From a virus: a stretch of 64,000 nt of DNA. Positions 1 through 10,395 of this stretch are shown piece by piece; within the stretch, counting starts at the first letter, position 1; every line of letters begins with the position of its first letter. The notes under the pieces were generated by a model. That model was not told where the DNA came from. It searched no databases and worked only from the letters and a program-made list of their open reading frames with translations. The position numbers were made by a program, and so were the translations under genes. The stretch is taken from positions 1 through 64,000 of the IMG/VR virus record IMGVR_UViG_3300019888_000001. The stretch is one strand, 5' to 3'.

Positions 1-1241
1 CAACAGGTGGAGTAGGTGCAACAGGTGGAGTAGGTGCAACAGGCGCTGGAACTACAGGTGCGACAGGCCCAACAGGTGTAACTGGCCACGACGGCGTGCC
101 AGGAACAGACGGAGAAGACGGAACAGACGGAATAGGCATACCTGGTGCAACAGGACCGACCGGCCCTACCGGACCGATTGGTGGAAGTTACTCAGCAACA
201 ATCGGAGATAACTCAACAAATCCTATCACGGTAACACACAGTTTAAACTCCACAGATATTTTTGTTTCAGTTCACGAAATTTCGACCGGCGACCTAGTGG
301 ATGCGAGTGTAGTGATCTCGAGTGTAAACGCTATTTCTATTACATTCGCCGTCATCCCAACTACCAATCAGTATCGAGTTTCTGTGGGACTGGGTGGCGT
401 GGGGGCCTCTGGGCCGGCTGGTGGAGTAGGTGTAACTGGCCACGACGGCGTGCCAGGAACAGACGGGGAAGACGGACTAGATGGTTGGCCCGGTCCGACA
501 GGGCCGCCCGGAACTTATGGTCCTGTTACTCAGAATGACTACACCCAATCAACATTTATAATTCCTGACACTGGCGCCCTGCCGCAACCGACACGGCTTA
601 CTGCTTCTGGAATAGAGCACTACGTTATTCAAGGATCGGCTCGGCTAACTTTATTCGACCCTGTTACAGCACCCGGGCAAACCCCAACATTCGATACCAG
701 TTTTACTCTTCGTCCTGATGAATTTTTACAGCGATATAAACGGTTGATATTAAATACTAGCGATAGAGCCACACTGATGGTAAGTGCACGTCTCGGTATA
801 TTTGATTTCCCTGCGCCAATACCAATTGTTACCCGATCTAACAACACATTGAGTTTGGCGGCACCTACCGGAACCACAGTGACTACTTTTGTCATGATGG
901 GCGCGGCCATGTACATCCTTCCGCTCACGACTGGAAAAATCTACATAACCGTAACCGGAAACGTGGCCAGCTCTCTAGCAGGTGATGGAACAAAATGTAA
1001 TTTATATTACGGAACGGGAACCGCACCAGTAAATGGTGCTTCCGTTGTTGGGACGACAATTGGCGGTCAAGCCACTATGACTGGGGATCTGGCCAATACT
1101 GACTCCTTTCCTTTCAGCATAGCTGGTATCATATCAGCGTTACCGCTCGGGGTTCCAATTTGGATTGATGTAGGGATCGCTGCTATTACAGGCGGCACAG
1201 CATCAGTAAATAACTTACAATTTTCGGCATTTGAATTATGA
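1..1241 (+). CDS. Collagen-like tail fibre / virion protein (5' end outside the window)
   Basis: Frame open from base 3; Gly-X-Y repeats (GPT, GAT, GED); 'ITVTHSLNSTDI..NQYRVSV' phage fibre-type module; GVTGHDGVPGTDGEDG duplicated at ~74-123 and ~428-476. Confidence 0.75.
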   Translation, partial: TGGVGATGGVGATGAGTTGATGPTGVTGHDGVPGTDGEDGTDGIGIPGATGPTGPTGPIGGSYSATIGDNSTNPITVTHSLNSTDIFVSVHEISTGDLVDASVVISSVNAISITFAVIPTTNQYRVSVGLGGVGASGPAGGVGVTGHDGVPGTDGEDGLDGWPGPTGPPGTYGPVTQNDYTQSTFIIPDTGALPQPTRLTASGIEHYVIQGSARLTLFDPVTAPGQTPTFDTSFTLRPDEFLQRYKRLILNTSDRATLMVSARLGIFDFPAPIPIVTRSNNTLSLAAPTGTTVTTFVMMGAAMYILPLTTGKIYITVTGNVASSLAGDGTKCNLYYGTGTAPVNGASVVGTTIGGQATMTGDLANTDSFPFSIAGIISALPLGVPIWIDVGIAAITGGTASVNNLQFSAFEL

Positions 1242-1277
1242 TGTTGACGGCCCTAAATCCTCGTATAAAGTAAGCAT

Positions 1278-1961
1278 ATGGCTGACATTTCACCTTTTTG
1301 CTCTCGGTCTCGGCTAGCTTTGGCCTCCTTTCAATTCGCTGATATCCTTATCGATAACGAAGCTATGCCTACAGCTCCTGCTTCTTCAAAATCCATTCTT
1401 TTTGTCGACTCGACTTCTAAAAAATTCGCGCAGTTAGATGATAGTGGTGTTGCTCATGGAATACTTGCTTCCAATTTCAATACCGCTAGTCAGACAACCG
1501 GTGCCGCGGATACATATATTACCAACTCGAACATCCTTTTTCCTTCGTTCGGCGTTCAAGTTGGCTCATTAATTCGCTGGTATATAAGTTTATTTAAAGC
1601 CACAAATGCCGGTACTGCTTCTATTATTTGGACTCTTAGGTTAGGCACAGGATTAGCCACTACTGATACTTCCGTTATGGCGATAACCAACAGCACAGCG
1701 CAGACCGCTGTTACCGGCGGCGGATTATTTGTTTTGACAGTTCAAACTACAATTGTTTCAGGAACAGGCAAAGTTGTGTTTACTGTAGGTGAATCTCCTA
1801 TGACGGCATCTTTTGGCGCGCCGCCAGTAGTCACAAGTTTAAGTGCGGCTTTTGATAACACGACGGCTACGAATGCCGGAAAATCTTACGGGCTTTCAGT
1901 CAACCCCGGCGCAAGTACGACGTTTACAATTGACTCAGTCCGTGCTGAATTAATCGGGTAA
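1278..1961 (+). CDS. Putative virion structural protein
   Basis: Thr/Ser/Ala/Gly-rich beta-type composition, located in the tail cluster. Confidence 0.5.
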   Translation: MADISPFCSRSRLALASFQFADILIDNEAMPTAPASSKSILFVDSTSKKFAQLDDSGVAHGILASNFNTASQTTGAADTYITNSNILFPSFGVQVGSLIRWYISLFKATNAGTASIIWTLRLGTGLATTDTSVMAITNSTAQTAVTGGGLFVLTVQTTIVSGTGKVVFTVGESPMTASFGAPPVVTSLSAAFDNTTATNAGKSYGLSVNPGASTTFTIDSVRAELIG

Positions 1962-2074
1962 GCATGAAGCGGAAGCACAACTTTGGCGCGACCGAATTGA
2001 GGCAGCCAAATAATCAGATTAAATCGCTTAAAATAGTTGTTGCATGAATCATTTTATTAAACTAACTTCTTTAT

Positions 2075-2443
2075 ATGGCAGCTAATAAACTCATTCGGTT
2101 CGGGCCGGCATACCTGGCGGCGTCAGCAACAAACGTAGTTACTCCTGGTGCGGCACCCGCAAGTGCTGTTGGGTACACTTCGACTGCTCCGTATGTGATT
2201 CTTAGACACGTTCGCATTACAAACAAAACTGCCGGGGCAGTAACGTTTTCATTATATGTGGGCGCGACTGGTGGCTCGGCCGGTGGCACAGAAGTGATTG
2301 GAAATGCGTTGAGTGTTCCGGCTAACCAAGCTTACGATTGGTACGGTTCACTACGGCTTGATACAGCGGACTTTTTGTCCGGACTCGCAAGTGCGGGCAC
2401 ATCTTTGGTATTTGAGGCCGAAGGCGAAGTCGGGCTCAGTTAA
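2075..2443 (+). CDS. Putative small virion structural protein
   Basis: Beta-rich 122 aa protein in the tail cluster with its own promoter-like motif. Confidence 0.5.
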   Translation: MAANKLIRFGPAYLAASATNVVTPGAAPASAVGYTSTAPYVILRHVRITNKTAGAVTFSLYVGATGGSAGGTEVIGNALSVPANQAYDWYGSLRLDTADFLSGLASAGTSLVFEAEGEVGLS

Positions 2444-2483
2444 TCACAACTTGTGCAGTAAATGAAATAGGGTAAAGTTCCCT

Positions 2484-2879
2484 ATGGATCACAGAGGCAA
2501 TGAAACCCAACAGCGCTTCTCCGGGGAAAGCCTTGCGATTGGTTATCTTGGGGTTCCGCTTGGTAATGGCGGCGCCACGATTTCCGCGGCGTACACTACA
2601 GTTCTGAAAGATCAGGGGCGCGCGTTAATTCATGATGTAGGTGATAACAACGCGAGAACGTTTACAATCGACTCAAACGCCAACGTGGCGTATCCTCTAT
2701 ACACCGTGCTTCTTTTCGTCAACCTGATTAACACGTTATCAATTGCGATCACTACCGATACAATGACGTTAGCGAATAGCGCCACAACTGGGACCCGAAC
2801 TTTAGCAGTCAATGGAGTTGCGACTGCTTACAAAATCGGAACAACAAGTTGGTTGATCTGGGGCACCGGATTGACATGA
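2484..2879 (+). CDS. Tail-fibre-associated domain protein
   Basis: Similar to the C-terminal domain of the 12069-13181 fibre (IAITTDT...TG(T/S)R..W.I.G.G). Confidence 0.6.
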   Translation: MDHRGNETQQRFSGESLAIGYLGVPLGNGGATISAAYTTVLKDQGRALIHDVGDNNARTFTIDSNANVAYPLYTVLLFVNLINTLSIAITTDTMTLANSATTGTRTLAVNGVATAYKIGTTSWLIWGTGLT

Positions 2880-3583
2880 ACGTTCCCGCAGTCACGCTGG
2901 ATTTTGCTACTGCGAGTGGCGATCCAAGCACCATTTCCGGATTGTTGGCGTGGTTCAACCCAAGCGGAATCTCGGGCACGAACGGTTCTCTGATGACTAC
3001 GTGGACCGACTCCGGCCCGACCGGGTATGTGTTGTCGCCGGTTAATGTTGGTCAAGGCCCTACAGTTTTGACTAACGGGCTTAACGGTTTTACAGTCGCA
3101 AATTCTGGTGGTGTCACAGGATTGGGCACATCCTCTGGTTTCAGTTTGTCGGCGGCGAATACTTGGACTTGTTTTTGTGTAGTTTATTTGGAAGCTTCTC
3201 CCGGCTATTATTGTGGTTTCAGGGGTGACGGGAATAACACTGGTGTCAGATTAGGTGCACACTCCGGCACCGACGGGGTTTATTCTTATGTGCTACCGAA
3301 TGTTATCGACAATCCTTCAGTCGAAGGGGTGACCTCGCATGTTTGGCATACCATCATTGCGAGTTCTAACGGAGGAGCAGAAAGTGTTTATGTGGATAAT
3401 GTGCAACTAACTTTAAGTGGCACACATTTGATGAATGCCCCAACATCAGCGTTTCAAATTTGTAGTTCTACCGTTCAAGCCTTTTTAGGAAAAATGGTTG
3501 AAATCGGCTGGTATGACCAGGCTCTAGGCAGCACAGATCGGGCAACTTTGTTCAATTACACTCATGGGAAATATGGGATTTAA
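2876..3583 (+). CDS. LamG/concanavalin-like virion protein
   Basis: 'GLLAWF..S.I...W.DS' N-terminus and 'GKMVEIGWYDQAL...R..L..Y..GKYGI' C-terminus, typical of phage LamG-like proteins. Confidence 0.6.
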   Translation: MNVPAVTLDFATASGDPSTISGLLAWFNPSGISGTNGSLMTTWTDSGPTGYVLSPVNVGQGPTVLTNGLNGFTVANSGGVTGLGTSSGFSLSAANTWTCFCVVYLEASPGYYCGFRGDGNNTGVRLGAHSGTDGVYSYVLPNVIDNPSVEGVTSHVWHTIIASSNGGAESVYVDNVQLTLSGTHLMNAPTSAFQICSSTVQAFLGKMVEIGWYDQALGSTDRATLFNYTHGKYGI

Positions 3584-3633
3584 TTTATAAGCATGACGTG
3601 AACGGTGGTATATTAGAATGAAGAGTATCTAAA

Positions 3634-4725
3634 ATGAAGCCGCGCCAGCATGTTGTTTGCCTCCCGCACACGATTGTTGCAAAATCCTCGTACTGTTGCG
3701 CTTACACTCAAAAGTTGGTTAATTACGCGAAGATGATGGGAGACATTTACGACCTGGTTTATTACGCACCGGAAGGTCCCCCAGTTCCAGGCGCTACCCT
3801 GATTCCTTGTTTGTCGGATAAAAGGCGACAGGAAATTTTTGGCGAGGATGACCAAAATCGCTTATACGCATGGCCCCGAGACGACCAAACCGCCGAGTTT
3901 AATTTGAATGTAATTGCCGCATTACAGAAGAATATTCAACCAGGAGAGATTATACTTTTAAGCGGTGGATATACCCATTTTCCGGTGAACACGGCGTTCT
4001 CCCAGTATCAACGTGTGGAACCGATGTGCGGTTATTTTGGACAAATGATGACCACGTTTGTAGGATATGAATCCTATTCTCATAAGCATCAAATGTACCT
4101 AAGACACAACATTGAAAATGAGCGTTACTATGATCGAGTAATTCATCCATATTTAGATCTAACTGAGTTTCCGTTACTTAATCAAGGAAAAGGGAAATAC
4201 TTGTTGGTACTTTCTAGATTAATAGAGCGCAAAGGAATTAGTACAGCGGCGGATATTGCTAAAGCAGTAGGACTTCCTCTTTGGGTTGCGGGGGGCGGAG
4301 CAAAACATATTTCTCCTGGCGTAATTATAACAGAAGACAATACTCGAATAGAGTGTCCTGGTTTAAAGTACTGTGGGGCAGTGGCACCAAAAGAGCGCAA
4401 TGAACTTATGGCCGGAGCTGTCGCTACAATATGTGCTACAAAATTTTTAGAACCAGGTTGCAACGTCATGTTTGAAAGCTTGGCGTCTGGAACACCCGTT
4501 ATTTCAACCGACCTGGGAATTTTTACTGAAATTCTTCCAGAAAGATTTCGTTTTCATAATTTACGAGACGCCGTTCAAGCCGTAAAAGAAATACCTACTT
4601 GGCGCCCTAGCGCGATGCGAGACTATGTAATTGCCAATTTTTCTTTAGACGCGAGTTCAAAAAAATTCAAAAAATGGTTTGATGATATAGAGACATTAAA
4701 AAAGGATGGATGGTACACAAAGTGA
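3634..4725 (+). CDS. Glycosyltransferase, GT-B fold (GT4-like)
   Basis: 'SRLIERKG' and 'EPGCNVMFESLASGTPVI' (E-x7-E) motifs. Confidence 0.85.
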   Translation: MKPRQHVVCLPHTIVAKSSYCCAYTQKLVNYAKMMGDIYDLVYYAPEGPPVPGATLIPCLSDKRRQEIFGEDDQNRLYAWPRDDQTAEFNLNVIAALQKNIQPGEIILLSGGYTHFPVNTAFSQYQRVEPMCGYFGQMMTTFVGYESYSHKHQMYLRHNIENERYYDRVIHPYLDLTEFPLLNQGKGKYLLVLSRLIERKGISTAADIAKAVGLPLWVAGGGAKHISPGVIITEDNTRIECPGLKYCGAVAPKERNELMAGAVATICATKFLEPGCNVMFESLASGTPVISTDLGIFTEILPERFRFHNLRDAVQAVKEIPTWRPSAMRDYVIANFSLDASSKKFKKWFDDIETLKKDGWYTK

Positions 4726-4799
4726 ATGGGCTTAGGGTAATACACGAAAAAGGAATGTGGCTTGACCGACACCCAAAAATGATGTTTATTTAACCCAAC

Positions 4800-5288
4800 A
4801 TGAAAACTGTTTTAGCTCTTTTGTTTTGCGCCGCGCTCACCCTGAACGCTGAACCAACGGAACAGCCTCGCCCTTTAGGTTCGTGGACGGAAACACCGGC
4901 CAAAGATGAAAAATTCGTCGCTCTTATGGAAGCCGCAATCCAAATCGAAAAAGAAGCTAAAGCGTGGAACGACTATTGTTTAGATCCTGATACCCAAGGC
5001 TGCATTGAATTCCGGGATTTAATAGCAACGCACTTGACGGCGTTTATTGAGGAAGCAATTGCGTATAAAACCCCCGGCACCGACTGCCGCGCAAACCTCC
5101 GAAGGAGAGTAATCGCGTTTGAAACTAAGTTGTTTAGGTTTGATCTTGCTTACGGAGGCAGGGTGCCAACTACAGACAAAGATAAACAAGATAAAACTAA
5201 AGCAGAGGCAGAACTTGCCGCAGAAAAAGTCCCGCTTGAAAAAGACCTTGACGATTGTATGACTGATACCAATGACCAAAAACTATGA
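4800..5288 (+). CDS. Secreted hypothetical protein
   Basis: N-terminal signal peptide MKTVLALLFCAALTLNA. Confidence 0.55.
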   Translation: MKTVLALLFCAALTLNAEPTEQPRPLGSWTETPAKDEKFVALMEAAIQIEKEAKAWNDYCLDPDTQGCIEFRDLIATHLTAFIEEAIAYKTPGTDCRANLRRRVIAFETKLFRFDLAYGGRVPTTDKDKQDKTKAEAELAAEKVPLEKDLDDCMTDTNDQKL

Positions 5289-5512
5289 GACCCTTCATTC
5301 TAATAGCTTGTGCGTTTTTAGCCGCCTGCGCGGGACAACCGCAAGTCGGTCCTAAACCCGATACCGCTCCGGTTTCCAAAAGCAACGCAGCCACTCGTGC
5401 TAATATAAAACAAACCCGAACTCACATTAAAGAAGCGCAAGACAAAGAAAGCGCGAGTTTGTCGGCACTGGAAAAAGCTGATAAAAACCTTACGAAACTT
5501 CTCGGTAAATGA
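5285..5512 (+). CDS. Lipoprotein, candidate outer-membrane spanin
   Basis: Lipobox LAAC, helical tail, located in the lysis cassette. Confidence 0.5.
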   Translation: MRPFILIACAFLAACAGQPQVGPKPDTAPVSKSNAATRANIKQTRTHIKEAQDKESASLSALEKADKNLTKLLGK

Positions 5513-6102
5513 AAAAACTGGCTCTTACTCTAGCGTTAATTTGTGCGTTGGTGTCCCCAGCGTTCGCGCTTACTAAACGTGAGCGGGCGTTAGTGACTGT
5601 AATACAAACAGAAGTGCGCGAGGGTATTAAAGATCTTAGCCAATCCCACGCGGCGTTAGAGCAAGCCGACGCCCGGGCGGCCGAAGCTGAAAAACATGCG
5701 GCAGACACTGATGTCGCAATCGGGATTGTGAAAAAGCAGGTGGATGTTGAGCACGCCACTGTAATCGCGTTCGCTAAGCTTAACGCCAAAATGAAACCGG
5801 TGTATGATCAGGTGACGAAGTGGTGTGGCTTCGGTGCGATTATCTACGGGATTGGCAGGATTGTTCATTGTTTGATGTGGCTAGTTATCGGTATTGTTGT
5901 TCTTATCGTAGCAGTGATTGTACTGTCAATAGCGTTTCCCGCATTCGGGGCAATCATATCGGTTGTAATGACGATGCTACGTATCCCTGTTGGTATTTTT
6001 CATACGCTGCTTTTACGCATTGAAACCTGGTTGCAAAGGCGGAAATCAACCCCCGCTCCTACTCAGGTTCCTCCTCCCGTAATTATTGGGCACACATCGT
6101 AA
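5509..6102 (+). CDS. Membrane coiled-coil protein, candidate spanin component
   Basis: N-terminal hydrophobic segment, coiled coil and further TM segments; next to holin/endolysin. Confidence 0.45.
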   Translation: MKKLALTLALICALVSPAFALTKRERALVTVIQTEVREGIKDLSQSHAALEQADARAAEAEKHAADTDVAIGIVKKQVDVEHATVIAFAKLNAKMKPVYDQVTKWCGFGAIIYGIGRIVHCLMWLVIGIVVLIVAVIVLSIAFPAFGAIISVVMTMLRIPVGIFHTLLLRIETWLQRRKSTPAPTQVPPPVIIGHTS

Positions 6103-6428
6103 TGCTAACGCAGATCTGGAAGCACTTGAGTTCATGGACGGAAGGCTATTTGTGGGTGCCACTTGCGGTGTTTGCTATCTGGGCCTCAGGGCAATTCGTG
6201 TATTTGGCTACGGGAAACCCACCTCATGAAAACATTGACTGGCTGATCGACTACCAAGCGGTAGCGTACAAGTGCGTCTACATCATTTTGTTTACTTCTA
6301 TCATGAAGCAAGCTACAGGAAGCTGGATGACTTTGGAACAAAAGATAGCTCATCCATACTTAGCAACCCTAAGTGACTTTAAGATTTTGGCTACGTTTTT
6401 TGCGTTTGTATGGTTGTTTGGCAAATAA
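6102..6428 (+). CDS. Putative holin
   Basis: 108 aa with ~3 hydrophobic segments, immediately upstream of the endolysin. Confidence 0.55.
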   Translation: MLTQIWKHLSSWTEGYLWVPLAVFAIWASGQFVYLATGNPPHENIDWLIDYQAVAYKCVYIILFTSIMKQATGSWMTLEQKIAHPYLATLSDFKILATFFAFVWLFGK

Positions 6429-7147
6429 TTCTTGCGAGTTGGTTATCGTGGGCAAACCCTACGCCTGCTCCTACGGCACCCCCGATATTAGCGCCTATAG
6501 TAATCCCTGTGGCACCGACGCCTGCCCCGCCTTTATTTTTACCGGCGGAAGTGCCTGCTTTAAGCCCGGCGGGAGAGAATCTGATCATTGAGTTTGAAGT
6601 AGGAGGGAGATCTGGGTACAACCAACATCCGGAACTACCAGACCGACGACAAAGTGGGGTCACCTGGGGTATTGGATACGACGGCCATCAGAATTCTCCC
6701 GGAGCCATAACCGCTGATTGGGCCCCACTGTCTTCTCCGGAACCAACTAGGCTGGCAGCAACCCACCCTTTTTATGGCCAATCCGCGGTTGCGCCATGGC
6801 ATAAGGTTCAGGATATTATGATTTCTTGGCAGACGGCCGTAGGGGTGTTTGACAAAATCGATGTTGCTCGAGAGTGGGCCCGAGCCAAACGAGCGATGCC
6901 GGGGTTCGAAGATTTAAGAGCCAACGCCCAAGCAGCATTACTAAGCCTTGGATTTAATAGGGGCTGGTCCATGACAGGCGACAACCGCCGTGAAATGCGC
7001 GCCATACGAGATGCCGTACCTGGACGCGATTATAATACTATGGCCGCACAACTCCGGCGTATGACACGAGTGTGGGCCGGTTCTAGCATCTACCGGGGTA
7101 TGTACCGCCGGAGATACGCCGAAGCCGACTTGATCCTTATGCCTTGA
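6410..7147 (+). CDS. Endolysin, lysozyme-like muramidase (GH24/pesticin-like)
   Basis: 'LIIEFEVGG..SGVTWGIGYD', 'AALLSLGFNRG', 'RRRYAEADL'. Confidence 0.8.
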   Translation: MVVWQIILASWLSWANPTPAPTAPPILAPIVIPVAPTPAPPLFLPAEVPALSPAGENLIIEFEVGGRSGYNQHPELPDRRQSGVTWGIGYDGHQNSPGAITADWAPLSSPEPTRLAATHPFYGQSAVAPWHKVQDIMISWQTAVGVFDKIDVAREWARAKRAMPGFEDLRANAQAALLSLGFNRGWSMTGDNRREMRAIRDAVPGRDYNTMAAQLRRMTRVWAGSSIYRGMYRRRYAEADLILMP

Positions 7148-7163
7148 TCATGTATCTTATATC

Positions 7164-7571
7164 ATGCTGAAACTCGTAGAGCAGATTGACGACGGAGATT
7201 GCGCAACTGCCAGTTTAGCCATGTTTCTAGGCCTTTCCTACAAGACAGTTCTTAGAGAAGCCAAAAAAATCGCAAAAAATCCTGAAAAAAAAGGTTTATG
7301 GATATCGCAGATCATGAAGATTTCCCGACGTTTTGGTGTTCCTTTGCGCAGGTCTAGAAATTTTAATTTTGAATATGCCGAGATCGGGCTATTAAATGTG
7401 GAGAATTACGGTTTGGCGTGGAGGAAAACTAAACGTGCTGCACCTGAAAGCCACTTAGTTGTAATATATAAGGGTGTTATTTACGATCCCTGGGGACCTT
7501 CGGCATGGAGCCCAGAAGAATACCGCAAGAGAAACAAAAGTAAATTTACCTCGGTACTTTGGCCAAAATGA
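7164..7571 (+). CDS. C39-like cysteine peptidase
   Basis: 'EQ..GDCATASLAM' plus 'HLVV....IYDPW' (Q, C, H, D arrangement). Confidence 0.7.
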   Translation: MLKLVEQIDDGDCATASLAMFLGLSYKTVLREAKKIAKNPEKKGLWISQIMKISRRFGVPLRRSRNFNFEYAEIGLLNVENYGLAWRKTKRAAPESHLVVIYKGVIYDPWGPSAWSPEEYRKRNKSKFTSVLWPK

Positions 7572-8104
7572 GATCTGCAGAAAACGAACGCGAATACGTT
7601 CGGTTGTATAGATTAGCATTTCCAGCTATAGATCGCGAATACGCTCGGTTGTATAACCTAGCATTTCCAGAAATTATAAGAGCTAGGTGCCACCGATGGT
7701 TAGCCGCAAACCGAAAGAAACGAAATTTATCAAAGAGGCAATATAGACTAGCCAACATTGATAAAATAAAAGCTTATAATAAACAATGGCGTATTAAGAA
7801 TTTCGTAAAAAGACAAGTCTATGATAAACACTATAGGCTTACTCATAACAGTAAAATGAGAGCCAAAAGTCAAAAACGGAAAGCTTTAAAATTAAAGGCC
7901 ACTATTGGGGATTTGTCTCAAATTCAAAAAATATACGAACGCGCAGCTCAGTATCGCAAATGGTTTGATGTAGTCGTGGACCACATCATTCCACTTTCCA
8001 AAGGTGGCGCTCACTCACCTGAAAATTTACAAATCATTTACGCCGAGGAAAATTCAGTTAAAGGAGCTAGGCTTGACTATAGGCCTAGAGTTATTTTTGT
8101 CTGA
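7568..8104 (+). CDS. HNH homing endonuclease
   Basis: 'VDHIIPLSKGGAHSPENLQ..EN..K'; basic N-terminus. Confidence 0.9.
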   Translation: MRSAENEREYVRLYRLAFPAIDREYARLYNLAFPEIIRARCHRWLAANRKKRNLSKRQYRLANIDKIKAYNKQWRIKNFVKRQVYDKHYRLTHNSKMRAKSQKRKALKLKATIGDLSQIQKIYERAAQYRKWFDVVVDHIIPLSKGGAHSPENLQIIYAEENSVKGARLDYRPRVIFV

Positions 8105-8217
8105 TAAATTTCGCCCTTGGCGCGCTCGCAAGCTTCCAAAAAAATTCAAGCGCGCTAAAGGGAACCCTAAGCATCAGTTGCCATATGTGTCAGAGCCTGA
8201 TATAGTTGAAGAGCTAT

Positions 8218-10395
8218 ATGGCCAGCAAAGACGCAACCAGACCTACTCCGACTTCGAACCTTTATGGACCGAGCAATCAAGCAGCCGGTAAGCCGTACGT
8301 TCACCAGTTCGCTAGCCCCGATCTAACTGACCGTATTCTTTCGGTTAGACAAGATAGCCGAAGCGGGGGTTTCGTGTTGCCGGATCAAGGCGATCCTTAT
8401 GCAGGGCCCGATTCTGCTGATTTCCAAGGTTTTGTGTTCTCTACTGCGGAGCCAATTCCACAGATGCCGGGGTGGTGGTATTTATTTTACGTTAATGAGA
8501 GGCGTAATCAGAACCGTTATAACTACAAAATTGAGTACAAATACGTAGACCGGGATTACCCAACTGTAATTCGAACATACGTTCTCCTTCGCGGAAGTAT
8601 AAAAGAGCCTACCGCGGATGAAACCGATCCTGTATTTAACGGCACGGTCAACCCTAAAGACCCAGACATAGCAACTAAACTCGGGATCGATCCTGCTATA
8701 GCGCTAGTATTAACTGACCACAAACTCATTCGGTTTGAGAATGACCCTATCATTGATGCGCTGTTTGTAGGAGTTGAAAGAACATACGAACGGCTGCCCG
8801 GCCCTGTTATAACCTCGTATGAGGAAAATCAATTTCAACAAAAAGTAACTGTTCAGACGCAGGAGGTTATGCAAAGTCCTCCGCCTGCTCTTTCGGCCGT
8901 AGTAGAGAAGTCCACGCAAGAACGAACCGGAACAGCGAAGGCTAAAAATACGAGCGCCGCTACGCCTGATGTGTTCCCGAATTCCAAACTGAGCACTTTA
9001 ATCCCATCCATGACCAGAGAGTTGTGGCTAGGAGGATTCTTCGAACAATCGGATTCCGAAGTAACAGCAGGGCAAGTTTCCCAACCAACAATTTCCACCG
9101 GGACCTATCAAATTGATACAGTCCAAGAAACTGAATTTAAAAGGCGGACAGATGTCCATTCTATTCCGCTCCCCCAAACCCGCAATCACCAAGAGGTAGT
9201 CTCCACCTTCGGCGGCGGCGTCGTAACCGAGACGCTTCAAATTGACGTTCCTTCATCTGGTTTGGTAGCCGAGGGAGGCTACTTGGTGACTGAATCACAT
9301 ATGCGTAATCTTGCAGATTTCGGCCGAATTAAAAAGAAAACAGCTCTGCCGGCGGGATCACAATGGCCTACTCTTCACGAAGAGAAAGTCTTAACTGAAG
9401 GAATTTATGCGGGTATAAAAATTCTTATCGACAAAAAATACGTCCCTGCAGGAACAAACCCAGACGGCTCGGCAGTTAATCCAAACGGGTCTACGCCGTC
9501 TCCTACGATTTATACTCCAAATCCAGGCGGGTACACGGATATGATGCCGCACGATAGGTGGAAGACTATTCAAGTCACCAGTAGTCTTGTTCCTAGTTCC
9601 CTTCCTGGGCCTCTCACTTATGCAGGGTCTCACCCTCTCCAAATTCCGCCTACCCTTCTTTCAATACAAGGCGTATACGGAGACCGCGGCGGAAGTTCCT
9701 TCTCGGTATCAAATGACGGTACTAAAAACGAGAGCGTATCTATGGCAACTGATAGCGGGCCCCTGGGATCAATTACTCACACAAGTATTGAAGGTTTTCG
9801 GGGGATGGCTATTGCACAGATCACGAGAATTTTTTCGTTAACTGCCCCGCAGTATGCAAACGGAGTTGTTTCCCTTACCCTTCCATCTGGTGCGCCACTC
9901 AATATTCCTTTTGTTCCTTTTGGATTACTGGCTGCTGGTGGCACTGCCGTTATGCGAAGTGTTTATTCACGTTTTACACAAAATATGGGAGGCGATACGG
10001 GTGGGGTTTTGCAGGAATGGGGCGCGTCGAATACTGGCCAAATCCGGGTCCAAACCACCGAATTTAGGCCGATGTTTACCGGGCAATTCTTAGCCGCATC
10101 GGGGGCCCCAGCTGGAGTCCCGTTCACGCTTGATTCATTTACAGGTGCTACTTCGATTGTTAATGGAAATGTTAATGGATATGAGGCGGCAACATCAGAT
10201 GGGGTATACTCTTTTGTGGGAGCTTTTCAGCCCGGAAATACATGTACTTTAACCATTAATATTCCTCGAAGTTCCCCGGCTTTTGCGCCTGCTCCTGGAA
10301 CTCTGGTTCCTGTTGCGTTTGAAAGTGCAGAATGGCGATTTGGCGTTTGGGTTATTCATTTAGTAAGCGCTATTGTTCCAGTAATCCTCCCATGA
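8218..10395 (+). CDS. Large virion (tail) protein
   Basis: ~725 aa ORF with structural-type composition in the late region. Confidence 0.5.
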   Translation: MASKDATRPTPTSNLYGPSNQAAGKPYVHQFASPDLTDRILSVRQDSRSGGFVLPDQGDPYAGPDSADFQGFVFSTAEPIPQMPGWWYLFYVNERRNQNRYNYKIEYKYVDRDYPTVIRTYVLLRGSIKEPTADETDPVFNGTVNPKDPDIATKLGIDPAIALVLTDHKLIRFENDPIIDALFVGVERTYERLPGPVITSYEENQFQQKVTVQTQEVMQSPPPALSAVVEKSTQERTGTAKAKNTSAATPDVFPNSKLSTLIPSMTRELWLGGFFEQSDSEVTAGQVSQPTISTGTYQIDTVQETEFKRRTDVHSIPLPQTRNHQEVVSTFGGGVVTETLQIDVPSSGLVAEGGYLVTESHMRNLADFGRIKKKTALPAGSQWPTLHEEKVLTEGIYAGIKILIDKKYVPAGTNPDGSAVNPNGSTPSPTIYTPNPGGYTDMMPHDRWKTIQVTSSLVPSSLPGPLTYAGSHPLQIPPTLLSIQGVYGDRGGSSFSVSNDGTKNESVSMATDSGPLGSITHTSIEGFRGMAIAQITRIFSLTAPQYANGVVSLTLPSGAPLNIPFVPFGLLAAGGTAVMRSVYSRFTQNMGGDTGGVLQEWGASNTGQIRVQTTEFRPMFTGQFLAASGAPAGVPFTLDSFTGATSIVNGNVNGYEAATSDGVYSFVGAFQPGNTCTLTINIPRSSPAFAPAPGTLVPVAFESAEWRFGVWVIHLVSAIVPVILP

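Noticed and set aside
74-476. Diversity-generating retroelement TR/VR pair
   Set aside because: Short in-frame duplication inside a collagen-like gene; no reverse transcriptase in the window
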